Below, piece by piece: positions 48,801-61,539 of a DNA stretch of 64,000 nucleotides; position 1 is the first letter of the stretch, and every line of letters starts with the position of its first letter. Position numbers and translations under genes: made by a program. Location of the stretch: the NCBI GenBank assembly GCA_047495785.1, contig JBLDXI010000007.1, positions 2,728,001-2,792,000 on the forward strand, in the 5' to 3' direction. This stretch comes from Lepidodermella squamata. Taxonomy: Eukaryota > Animalia > Gastrotricha. Below the pieces are notes generated by a model. The model worked only from the letters and a program-made list of their open reading frames with translations. It did no database searches and was not told where the DNA came from.

Positions 48801-50754
48801 CGATGGTGAAAAGGGAAAAACTTGACTTGCGAGTATAGTTCTATAAAAGCGCGGCCGTAATTGGCAAGCGGTCAAGCAAACTAAATTATTATTTATATGC
48901 GCTATTAGGCGCTTTTTCACGGTTTCATGAGCTTTAGACGCGTCTTGCGATGGTAATCGCTTCGAAAATTTTGTAAAAGGAAGACCCAGTGACCACAAAC
49001 TAAGTTTGCAGTTGGCGTTACGAATTATGTAGTATAGAAGAATATAACAATATCCGAGTCAACGGAAGCGAATCATATAATAATATTAGTATATTCGGCT
49101 CGTGATTCATAGAAATTATTTTGCTATTAGGCATGCTATACACATCATAGTGTGTATGTATTACAGCATGGCGTGAACGGAGGACTAAAAAATCAATCAG
49201 ATGCTGGCCTTTTTATATGAAGTGGCGAGATCGAAAAGTTTCACGCGCTGACGCTTCATCCTCGCGAGACCCGGCTTTGCGCGTGATTGATAGTGCGACT
49301 ACACACAGTCGCGTGGCTAAATTTCAAAAAAGAGGTGACAATGGCCAATCGAAAGTGGCCGAGCGCATGAAAAATAAAGAGAGGCCGAGAGATAAAAAAG
49401 TGATAAGGCGTGCCACTTTGAGAGACGCCGAGATTTGTGTCAAACGGCCCGGCGAAGGTGAAGAGGCTCCGTTGCCCCCGAACAACGCGCGTTCACGGAT
49501 GCGATGTGGCCAAAGCCGCCTTAACGCTTTGGGTAAATAATTTGCCAAGTGTAGTTGTACCATTACATGCTTATAGATAAAAGGCCGGCGATAAAAGTAC
49601 GTTGTTTTATTACAGTAGTTGGCAAATAACATCTGGGTCACGATGAAACGCAGGCTCATCATTATCAAGTAGGTCAACGAACCGAACGAAACAAGCGTTC
49701 GAATGGCAAGTGGGGCAAGTAATAAAAAAATATTGAAAATAGTGCTTCTTGTGCTCTATAAAATATGCTACCGGTGTAATGTCAAAGAAAGCGGAAATTA
49801 AGCAAAAAATCATGCTACCTTCATGCGTCGTTATTTTATGAAAAAAAAATCGTCTCGCTTCGATTGCATCAAGTAAAAATGTGTGCTGAATAAAGGTATT
49901 AAGCTGGATATTTATATTATCATGCATCTAACTATATATAAAGAAAGGATGCTTAAAATTGGGCCGTGATAGATATATGCAGCACCGGTATTTCATCACG
50001 CTAATAACATAGGATGTGTGCCTTTTTTTGCTAACGGTTATTAGACCGGTAAAAGCCCCGCCGTCAGGTAAGAATTATACGTAGGCGAAAAACATCACCG
50101 CGCTGTGTTAATGTTTATACGAGGCGCGTTAATAATACCGAGTGCTTGAAAAATTATTTTTATTATCTTTGCCGGATTAGGGCCTATAATCACCAGCCAG
50201 TTATGCGAGATCACGTGTAGTAAATAAACATATATATCATAAAATGAAGACGGTAGTTTAATTCACACCATTTTTAAGGTAAATGATCAATATTATTCAA
50301 AGTATGCCTGCTGGCTATTCTGAGGCTGGGGTGAACGAACAGCCGTTTTCGTGAAATATTAAGGCGGCGCCATTATTTTTTCGCGCGAATATAATGAATG
50401 GGCCGAATTCACTCAAGAATGCAATTAAGGCGCAATAATTATAGTTTTTATTTCCGCAAAGCTGTTGACCATTTTATCGCTCAGGTAAAAATTGGCCCGC
50501 AGGCGATAAAAGTGCGCGCCGCACAACGCCACGCGTGTGATTTTAGCGAATTTATTATTAAGCGCCACAACTTCCGAAAATAACGCAGGTGAACAACGCG
50601 ATTTATATCGTTTTCCGGGACCGCGATGATGATGATGATGATGATATGCTAATTTGCCTTTTTGGCGGTATACTTATATGTAAAAGTAAAAGTGAGCGAG
50701 GGCGGTAGAAAATCGTGTGCGCATTTTAAAACATGCGCCTTAATAAAACAACCA

Positions 50755-50769
50755 CGCGCGCGCGCGCGC
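50755..50769. repeat. (CG)n alternating tract
   Basis: CACGCGCGCGCGCGCGCA seen directly; a (GAT)n run lies nearby at ~50625-50645. Confidence 0.8.
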
Positions 50770-52113
50770 ATTTTTAGGACGCGACGCGCAAATGCGCGAG
50801 CCGCCACTGACGCCGCCAACACCGTTTAGCATAAAATAATATTTACACCCGTGCGTGGTAATTAATCAAAAGTGAAACTAAATGATGGTAATGATACCAA
50901 ATTGCCGCTGTTTCACACCGGCGTTATTTAAATTTCAAACGCGAAATCCGGCTATAAGACGAAGAATAAGGAAAATCCAGTATAAATTAATGATTCCTGC
51001 TGTATAAGTAGTGAGGAGAAAAGGTCGAAGCTCGCGTATAAAATCATCGGTTATAGGTAATGGACGTCTACAGGTTGTGTTGATAGAGGCCTTGGCCACA
51101 TAGTAGGGTGGCTAGAACAAACAAAAAGTGAGCAATATATAGGTAGGTATATATCGCAGCTCATCCATCTATCTCTATATCACTCGATAGTGCGCCGAGT
51201 AATACTATAACAGCGGGTTGTAGACAGGCCCTATAAACACATATATAGCACTTGATGAAGCACTCGGCGTGCTCGCTACATTTTTGAGGGCGCGATGCGA
51301 GACGCTGTTGCTGATCGTTCGATGTCAGGTGGCCAGTATAATATAGCCGTGGTGATGTGCGATGTGAAGTTTACGCAGCGATAACACGCAAACACTTGGC
51401 TATATTAGCGAAATAAAATGGCCCGGAATTGCCTTTTTCATGATGCGTTCATCGCACGCACCGTGTTACAGTAGCCGCTGCGGCTGATATAATTTGTGAG
51501 TTGTTGTTTACGCAGCGACCATCACGGCTGCTCATCGGTGTTTTGTACATCATTTTACGTATTTGTCAAACGTTTTCACCACAAGTGACGGCCAAACACG
51601 CGGTGCGAAAATTGTAGCGCTCATGGATGTGTCTAATTATAGCGCGCGTCCGCCGCCTCCTACAACAGTAGTAGCAGTAGTATCGGCGTCTCGCATCTCT
51701 CGGCGCCGAGTATGTGTGCTCAGACTTGGTGTCTTGAGACGACACGACGCGTGTTGTGCAGGTGGCGCTATGACGCGTGGGAAAAATGAACCGCCGAAGA
51801 ATTTGGCGCAAAAATTTTGCGCGCGCTGTTTATTTCACCCCACGCAAATGCGCGCGACGTCGGAAAATATTTTCTTTTCCCATCATGAGCACCGCCGGTG
51901 CAAAATTTCAGAAAATTTCAATTTTTATTCCACTCATCTCTCACTCCTAATAAATAACCGCATATAATTAAATTAATCACATTTTTTCAAGTTTCAATCA
52001 CACAAACTCAAACAAGCTGCTTTTTCGAAAGCATTGACGAACCTAAACTATTGAACAATAATATCACGGCGCAGTTTGAGATGTTTTGATTTTGGGCCAT
52101 TTTTTGCTTCGAT

Positions 52114-54870
52114 TTAATAGCCGTCGTCGAGCACAACGTCGCTGTAATTATCGTGCACGATGCATTTTCGAACTTGGCGCAAAATTTTAATGAGGCGACG
52201 ATCCATGGCGATGTAGAAGTCATCGGTCAACAGCGGGAAAACCATATCTCGCTTTGAACTTTCGATGAACGCCTTGAAAAATTATTAAAATGAAAAAAAT
52301 GGGAAATTTTCGAGAAAAAACGAACTTCGCTCAGCTTCTGAGGGCCGAAAATGAATCGGAGAAGTTTCTGAAGGGTCGTGTGGCGGATAATGCAGCATTG
52401 AGCAAGGGGCATTAAGATCACGTGGTCATCGAAATCAGGGTCACCAAACCTATAATAAACTCCTTTAACCTTTAATTTCAGCGAAAAACAAAAAATTACG
52501 ATCGGCCGTTGTCGAAAAGAACCGGCGCCGATTCGTTGCCGAAAATCTTGAACGAGTCCAAGTGATGGCGATCCTGGTTGCCGGTGATGAAGTCGAAAAT
52601 GTGAGTATCGATAAGATCGAGAAGGAAACGCGATCGGCCGAATTCGGGTACAACTTCCTCGCAGTAGTAACGGTCTTGTTCCCAGCTCGCCTTCTGGTGC
52701 TTGTTGTAGGACCGGCGCCAGGGTGACTTGATGGTGAAACGTGGCACGTCGTCCTTCAGCGGGATCAGAGCTTGGAGGGAACCTTCGACTTCATCGGGCT
52801 TGCCGCAGATCGCATGACCAGTGTCGCAATAGTAACGGCAGTTGCCATGGAAGCAAATGTTGCCACCTAATAAAAAATTATTTTGAAATTTTTGAAATTT
52901 TAAAATTTGAACGCTAAAATGCTAATTGTTACTTTTGAAATTTTAAATTTTAAATGACAATTTCTCATCGAATCTCGAATTACAAATTTTAATTACTGTC
53001 CGTCGAAAATGAATAATTGACATTTTTTAATTAATTAACACATTTTTCAATTTTTTTCAATTATTATTTTAACATATCCGCTGAAAATAACCTGGCGAGA
53101 CGAAAATCGTGTGATTGAAGTCTTCATCAGCAAACTGTTGAATGTCGCGAGTGATGTTGAAAATGCGTCCAACAGTCGGCGGAACGCGGTTGAAGCCCAA
53201 CACGCGGTCGAGGTGGTAAGACGCGATTTCGGCGTTGTGGCGTTCGAACTCGGAGAAGTAGAACTGGTTGACACCGGTACGGGCCAATTCGCGGCTGAAA
53301 CGCATCGGCTTGAACAGGGCGCCGCCGCCGTTGGCGAAGTCCATGAACAGCTTGAGTTGCGTACCGGCGTCTGGTTCTTCGATGGCGACGATTGGCTGGT
53401 ACTGCAGGTCATGGATCAGCTGATCGATTGTGGGATCACGAGGATCATAGAGGCGCTCTTTTCGCTATGAAAAAAAGAAATAAATTAAATTTGTTCATAA
53501 TTATTATTTAAAAATTAAAAAAAAATACAGCCGGGTGACCACAAAATTTAGCTGAAATTTACGTGCGAGGATACATTATTGAATTTTTTCAAATCCCCGA
53601 ATCCTCAATTTTCAAATTCTCAAAATATAAATGTTGAAGATTCCCCATCAACCACAAATTTTGAAATTAGGTATTTGCTTAAACCATCATCATGAAAGGG
53701 TGGGCCTTGTGGACACCCTACATTGAGGTTCCAGCTCTACATTTTCCCAAAACAGGGTTTTTCGACTTTTATGTCTTCCTTAGAATCACAATTTGTCATA
53801 TTAGTGTGCCTAACCGATAGATCTCGATATCGATTCCAAGTGTCGATTTTACAAATCAGTGATTTTTCCAAAAATATCAGAAGTAATGGAACCCAATATT
53901 GAAAATGATTCTGCCTAGTTGATGGTACTGGGTACTGGTAGGCTAAAATAAAAAATCACACGGTCATGGAGGGCGTCAATATCGATCGAAAAATTAAAAG
54001 TCGAAATCTCAAAGATTTGGTAAAATTTGGCGCTGGAACCTCAATTTTAGTGGTGCCAAGTGCCAATATTTAGACCCAAAATTAAACTAATTTATGAAAT
54101 TTGAAATAATTCTGAAAATTCGGTAGTTTCTAGGCTAGACATGAATCTAAATTTTTTGAATTAAAAAAAATTCTGAATTTTTTAAATCCATCTTTAGGCT
54201 TAAGAGGCCATGAATTTTACTCATGGGAATCTTCAAAGTACAATTTTGAACTCACGATGCCGTTCTGGAACTTCTTCCACGCTTCCCTGGCGTGGTCGTC
54301 GTGCAGTTCAAGACGTTCGACATAGGCCGGCTTGGCGCGAGGGTACCGCATCTTGCCAGGGGTCTGGTTCAAAAACGACGAAAACTCCTGCTCGAGCTTG
54401 ATCTTATCAACAACCATGTGATGATTCTGCTGCTGTTGATGCTTCTTCTCCTTGTGCTTCTGCTGCTTGTGATGCTCGTTCTTGACCACCTTGTCACCAG
54501 CCGGGTGCTTCGCATCCTCCTTATGCCGGTCCGGGTTCAGGTTGCTGCGGTCAGCCGCTTCCTTATGCCGCTTCGCCTGGCCATGACCGCCGTGGCGATG
54601 GTGCTCAGGCGCATCCGCCATTTCAGCCGCTGCCTCTTCAACAGCAGTTGCCATCTCGGCTACGTTGCGATTGCGGCCACCCTGGGCTGGTCGGAACTCG
54701 CCGCCGTGGTTGGTATCCTCCCGCCGTACCCGGCTGGCAAAGCCGCCACTCCGCTCGGTCAAGATCGTAGCTGGTAGGACCTGCATGAGGATGGTGACGC
54801 CGAAGACCAGAGCCAACACGCCGACAAGCGTGCGCTTGATAACCGATCGGATGTATCGGTTGCTGATCAT
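52114..54870 (-). CDS. FAM20C: FAM20C-like kinase, paralogue C, with a His/Lys/Gln-rich stem; 5 exons
   Basis: Signal anchor, GTQLKL, FYFSEFERHNAEIASYHLD, CFHGNCRYYC, SPWRRSY, NQDRHH, DNGRS, CCIIRHTTL and C-terminal DVVLDDGY* at 52114. Confidence 0.92.
53711..54057. mobile_element. Degenerate MITE/fold-back element in intron 1 of FAM20 paralogue C
   Basis: Inverted pairs ATTGAGGTTCCAGC (53722-53735) / GCTGGAACCTCAAT (54032-54045) and TTTCGACTTTTA (53760-53771) / TAAAAGTCGAAA (53995-54006), at matching spacing. Confidence 0.6.
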
Positions 54871-57398
54871 AACTTAACTATGGTGTGTGTCTACTGTCTA
54901 CCAGGGTTGGTATTTTCCTATGATGACAAAAATTTATAAATTAAAAAGGCTAGCGAATGGTTGAAAATGATTGAGATGTTGAATAACATGATGATGCGAT
55001 TTTTTTGCCTCACAGCAAAAAATCACGTGGTGCGTGACAAGTGAATCTCGGGATTTATCGAAGTCAAATGAAGTTTTTCCGATATAGAGCAACCGAAGCT
55101 TAATCGTCAAAAATTCATCAAATTTTAATTTAAAATTTTCTGAAACATTCGGCAATTTTATTGATTTTTCTTGAAATTTTCTCGATTTTCTAGAAATTTT
55201 CCGTTGATGCGCTAGTTTGATGCTATCATTTGATAAGCTTTGTGGTGTTAGTTGGCGCAGGCACGCGTCTGGAAAATACTTGGAAAAAATCGCAATAAAA
55301 GTCGCGTGACTCGATGCTCGATCGATTATTTGCGGTTTTTTTTTGCCAAGTCATCATTCACTGAAGCGTTCGAGTACGCCGCTAGCCCAGTTATATCATC
55401 GTATCAACAATGATGTCTGCATTCACTGGGCTGAAATCTTTTTATTGCAAATCATCTTCGATTCGGATAACGTATGTGGGTCATATACTGATCGGGGTTT
55501 AAGATGAAAGAAAATTGGTTCCGGAAATTAGCGTCAATAAAGCCTTTAAATAAATATAGCCCCATTTTCCAAAACCCTCTTCGGGAAAATTTTCCAGATA
55601 GGCAGATCAGGGTTCGATTTGGTAAAATCCTTCGATGAGAATCGGAAGGGGACGTATAGGCAGATAGTTTCCGATTCAGGTAATATTTCTATCTGAGAAC
55701 CACTCTACTAGAAATTTCCAAACAATACATTTTTCGAGTATTCGATTACAGCGCGTCCCAAGTAACACAAACAAAAAAATACACGGAAAAGGGTCCAGAA
55801 ACTCCCGAAAAATCTTAAAAAAATAAAATTCAAAATTTCACTAAGGTACCTAGGTTTTTCGCTTATCGAAATGGGGTCAATAAAATAAGGAGAAATTTGG
55901 ACAAAACGGTAAAATACCGAAAATACCGCATCAGTTACCATGGGGTTTCCGGGTCTTTACCGTTATATTTCTTTGGTGAAATCGCGGAAGGTTCAATTCG
56001 AAGAAAACAGTTGAATTTCCAACAAAAAGATGCCAAATTGAAAAATGGTTTCGCAACTTTGAGCACGTTGTACTTCCATTTATTTCCGCTATTCAAACTC
56101 CAATATATATCGAACCTTCCACTTGATTATCTCCAATCTCGGCTAAATTACCTTCTTTATGACAGGATTTCCATTCAAAAAAAGAACCAACGTATGATAA
56201 TTCGAGATTTTATTTGTCATTCCTTTTTACTTTTTCACTCATTTTATCGAAAACTTTTCCAGCCATATATCAACACAAATTTTCTTTCACGGTTATGTTA
56301 TCATCAATAATAATAATAACAGTAATAATTAATAAACATCCTCATCATCTTCATCTTCATCATCGTCATCGTAACACTCGCTCTCCCAGGTCTCCATCAT
56401 CGAACTTCCTCTCATCAGCTCACACAGAGAAAAAACGATATTCAACTTCTTTTATACAAAAAACGATATAAGGAGAAGTCATTGCCTGACAAAGAAAACA
56501 GGTAACGCGACACGGTCTATTGTTGTGTACGTTTTCTATAGTATTCATCAGTATATACGGCGAAAGAAAATGCCGAAATAATAATTACTATTATTATTAC
56601 ACCAATCAAGTAAATAATAATAACAGTAATGATTTTTCTTCTCATAATGAATAATAAGAAAAGCAACAAGTGAGAACACGGCTTTTATTCATTTTTTTTA
56701 CCAAGGTGGCAGCCTGCGCGCAAAACTCGCGGTGGAACTTTTTTCAGTCGAAATATACGTTTAATTATATAAATATTCCACGTATGATTATCGTGATGTT
56801 ATTACTCATCGTAAAAACATAGTAGTTTCGCATCATCATCATCAGGTGAAGTGTTCGAACGGTTGTCTATATCTCATCTTGTTTGCTGTGATGTGACATA
56901 ATTTGGTTCAACGACAGAAAAATAAACTCTTTTTACAGGTGCAGCTGTTTGTTTCTTGCGTAGTATACATCATATATATTTCGAATATTTACAACAACGA
57001 CATCAAAAATGTGACGCCATGTAACATAGATTTCTTCCATCATATTTTTTGTCTTGTAAAAGAAAGAGAAATGAGCACATTTTTCAAGTAGTAGTAGTGT
57101 GGATACACAAGTAGGATTCAAGCCGATATGTATGTATCATCATCAACAACGGGCTTTTCATACACAAAATCACCACACTTAATTTTTTGTTTGAATTCGG
57201 ACGTTATTAGTTTCCGCTAAATATCAGTATTGAAAGAAGCAGTTATTATCAAGTTTTTTTTGTCATCTCGAAACTAGCCGAGAAATACCGAAGAAAACAC
57301 ACGGCGTTACTCGGGCCGTGCGGGTTTTGAACGTAATTATTATTATTTTTCAAATAATAAAAAGGGACAAGAATTGACTGATTTTTTTACACAGGTTT

Positions 57399-60300
57399 TC
57401 ATTGTTGATAGGGCAGCGAGTACTGCCGGCGGTACATGTCATTCCGACCGCCTCGGTTTCCTCCGCCATTGCCGCCTCGCCAGCCGTTATTGTTGGTGTT
57501 ATTATTACTATTATTATTCCCATACATTCGAGGTGCCGAGTGGGGGTGGTCAGATTTCCGGAAACCGTTCTGTTGTTGATTCTGACGAGGCGGGGTGTCG
57601 TAACGATGCCCGTTATTCCGGGAGAATTTTTCATTCTGATAGTTATTGTTGTTATTGTGATGACCGAAACCATTACTGTTACCAGCGTACTGTAAGAAAA
57701 ATTAAAAATTAAATTCATAATTAATTGATTTTTGAGTGGGGTCAAGTTATATCTGCCCATCTGAAATAATTAATTGTTACGAAAAATTTCGCTTACATTA
57801 TTTCCGTTATATGGTGGCTGCTGGTAGTGCTGCTGTTGGTGAAAGTGGTCGCCGTTATTGCCATTATTGTTCCCGTTATTATAGCGAGAATGCGCAAAGT
57901 TATTTCCATTTTCGTGCGGTGGATAATGATGCCCGTTCGAGGCGCCATTCACGTGTTGCTGGCCGTTATGGTGCTGGTAACCATTGGTCATCCCTGGCTG
58001 CCCCGGCGCCGGGTCGGGCGATGAAACGCGCGACGACGCGGCACTATTCCGCCGACTGCCACTGCCATATGACCGAGGCGCAGATCCTTCACGCTAAAAA
58101 TACATTGAATTGATTTTAAAATAAAATTATCAAATTTTACGAATAAATTAGTATTAAGGCGGATTTTTTTCATAATTTTTAACGAATGAAATACCTCATT
58201 TTCAAATTATCGCACAACATTATTAAAATTTGCAAATAAATTTTTATTTAGGAGGATTTTTTCAAAATTCTTATAGCGAATAAATTACCTCATTAATTCG
58301 AGCATTCTGAACTGCCTGGAACGCATTTCCAGAGCTGTGACCGCCATTCCTGAAAACAGCCGGCACCGACGCGTCATAATCACCAGGCGCCGAGTGTCCC
58401 TCCGCCGAATATTTGTTCGCCTTCACTTTCTTCACTCGACCAGCATCGAGGTCTTGATCGAACTCGCGCTTGAACCGCTCGTTATTCGACAACCGCTCGC
58501 CATTGGGGTGGTTACCATTCGTCGCATCAATCGAATTTAAACCACCATCCCAAGACGCGACATGGGCGCCGAGGGAAAAAGTCCCGCCATTGCTAGCATT
58601 ATAATAACCATTAGAGCTGCCGTTTACATGAGGGTAAGATGGTGGCAGAGGGAAGGACGAAGCAGGCGGTTTCGGGGCTTCGGCGACTGGTTGCTCGACC
58701 GGCTTTTCAACCCACTCGTCCGAGCCCTCTTCCTCGGGTTGCGCCGGCTCAGAGGACTCTGATCGATGGCGGTGTTTTCTCGATTTTTTCTTCTTTTTCC
58801 GCAGCTTTTTCGATTCTTCGTTGCCACTATCTTCCGCGTCATCGCCGCCGTTTTCCATCCGCCGCTTTTTGTGCTTCTTGTGATGGTGACTGTCGTCGTC
58901 ATTGTCTTCATCCTCACTTCGATGGTGCTTCTTCTTTCGTTTCTTCAAGGTTGAACACGAGGATGAGTCGTCGACCTCGCCGTCTTCGATCGGTTTCTCA
59001 ACTGCCGCCGGCTCGGCGACTGGTTGAGGAGGCACGATTGGTTTGAATCGAATAACAGGCGGTTCTGATGTCGAATTCGACGAAAAAACAGTCGAATTCG
59101 TCGCACCAGGTGGCGCTAGTTCGTCAATAACCAGCCGGTTATCATCCTCATCGTCCGAACTCGACGGTTCGAATTCGACAAGAGGCCGAGTTGCGGTCAC
59201 TGTCGCAACCGGGGGCGGGACTGCGGGTGGCACTGCTGCTGCAACAGGTGTTTTCAGCGGCGTGTGCGGTTGAGCGGGCCGTTTGGCAATCAGCGGCTGC
59301 GATGAGTATGAGTTGATTTTCGGGGCACTACTGGTCGAAGCAGAGGCAGCACTCGGGGTGCTGGTAGCAGTAGACGGTAGTTTGATCACCATCTTGAGCG
59401 GGGGCGCCGACATGGGGATTGTGGTCGGTTTATGCGAGGGTGGGGTCACTAACTTGGACGTTGAATTCGGCTGCGACATCACCTGTTGCTTCACAGGCGT
59501 CGTCATTATCGAATTCGCATCAGAATCCTAAAAAAAAAGAATTTATAGAAAAATCCACCTTAATACTTCTATTTCTCATACCAGGTCGCGGATATAGAAA
59601 AGAATGTAGGCCTGGCTGTTGAGGACCTGCCGTACTGAGACGGATTTCACGACGGTGTCGTTCATCATGAACCACTGATTGCTGTGCTTCACGTACGAGT
59701 AGTAATGACCTGAATTAGCGGACATGCCTTCGTGGACGATCACAGCATAAAGGCTGTATGGAATGTCAGGGCCCTGAAAATTTACAAAAAATCCACCTTA
59801 ATATTGGTATCGGCAGTGTGAAAACAGCACTTAGTGCATTGTCCCTATAATTGAGGCCAAAATTTAAGGAGGAATTTTTTATTTAGTATCCTCCTTAATA
59901 TAATCATTTTTTCGGCAAAAATGCTAATATATCTTCAGAATTTCTTCGATTCAACGATGTAAATTCGAATTTTTTCTTCGAGAATAGAGAAATTGGAAAA
60001 ACTCACATTTTTCAGCGACATGAAATTCCGCATGTTGAATTTTTCGTGAAATTCGATTTGTTTCGTAATTTTTCCACCGCCATACATCGAAAAGCCGATG
60101 CCAAAGCGTTTCAGCTGAAGAGTCAAAATATTCGGCGCCTTGTTGATCGAAAGCATTTTCCGCGCCGGTTGCGGCTTCTTACACGACGGGCATTTGTACG
60201 CATTATCGCCGGCGAGAGTCTCCGGCTTCACGAAATGCTCAATCGCCTGCTCGACATTAACGGCTTGCTTCAACTCGAGGCACAGGTCCATAATCGGGTC

Positions 60301-61140
60301 GATTTTATCCGACCTGGTATGGCACGTCTGGCAGATGACTGTCGACTTGATCGAGCCGCCGAAAATCGCGTTCATTGCCGTGGTTTCCTTCACCTCAGCG
60401 TCGAGCTTCTGGTAGCCGTTCAAGCACGCCTGCTGCATTTTATCGACAGCAAACCGCAGAAATTCGTGCGCGTCCTCCTGCCGGCCTAGCCTCAGGTGTT
60501 TCGCGATGACGGAGAGTTTCCGCAGAATCGAGTCCGGCTCAACGGCCCGGTTATTCGCGCCGTAACACCTTGTCATTAACCGCTCCATTTCACATAACAT
60601 ACAAAACCCTGGTACCTTACAATTCTGAGCGTGCTGTTCCGAGATCAGGTAATTGTAAAGCGGGGCTGTGTGGGTTAACGCTTGAAGTGTCGAATTGAGG
60701 AAACACGTGTTCCCGCAATTCACGAGACCAGCCCCGACCGGGACCGGGCGACACCAGCTCAGCCGAATTCGTTCTGGCGGGTAGAGAACTCGTTTCGGTT
60801 TCACAACTTCTGTGCTGGGTGTCGGCTGGGAGCTCGACTGCTGCTGATCTTTCTCCGGCGTTTTTCGCGCCTCATGCTGCGGTAGCTGCGCAGATAAATT
60901 GACGTATTTGACCTTCAACTGGTCGTTGAACGCGTTTGAGGTAGCGGTTTCTGCTTTCTGAAATTCAATCTTCGACATCAGAATCCGTTTTGCGTTAGCG
61001 GCTAGGTTCAGGTCGATTGACGACGCGTCGCCCAGCTGTTTCAGGCGACTTGACGGGGTGCTCGGCTTCTGGACGGGGCAAGACGCGAATTTTTCCAGAT
61101 GGCTCGAGATCACAGAAAGCGCTGAAGGGTTGGTTGGCAT
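57399..61140 (-). CDS. USP36: Ubiquitin-specific protease USP36/42 family; exons ~61140-60008, 59773-59581, 59527-58289, 58092-57797, 57689-57399
   Basis: GAGLVNCGNTCFLNSTLQAL, QEDAHEFL, HEGMSANSGHYY, MNDTVV and QAYILFY. A Lys-rich tract, SWDG and the LDAGRVKKVK motif are typical of USP36/scrawny. The tail is Asn/Gly/His-rich. Confidence 0.9.
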
Positions 61141-61539
61141 GGTGTCAGTATATTAAACGATAATTGAGACAATTTTTCAGAACGAAAAACGACGCGCAAC
61201 ATTTTCAGCGAAATCGCGTCGTTTTCGAACGTTTGAAAAACTGAGTCGACAAATTTTCACAGTGATATATTTAATAAATTCTAAAATGAAAATCAGAATC
61301 AAAATATTACAGTTTTTACTAATAAATAATCGAGATTTTTTACTAACATTATTACGCAATATTGCTGCGATTGTCGATGCAGTAGTAAAGATGAATAGAA
61401 ACACAACACAACACACGGTTCAGACATAAATTACGAGCACCAAATTTCATAGTAGGAAAGAAAAATCACTCAAAAACAAAACACGCCGATTAACATCGAG
61501 TATAATATCAATTTGCGTAAAAAAACAAGTGAATTTTGT

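Noticed and set aside
54292-54777. 161-aa Leu-rich, TM-looking plus-strand ORF
   Set aside because: Antisense shadow of the His/Lys/Gln-rich exon of FAM20 paralogue C.
57350-57760. 136-aa minus-strand ORF and overlapping plus-strand ORFs
   Set aside because: Alternative frames of the low-complexity Asn/Gly-rich last exon of USP36.
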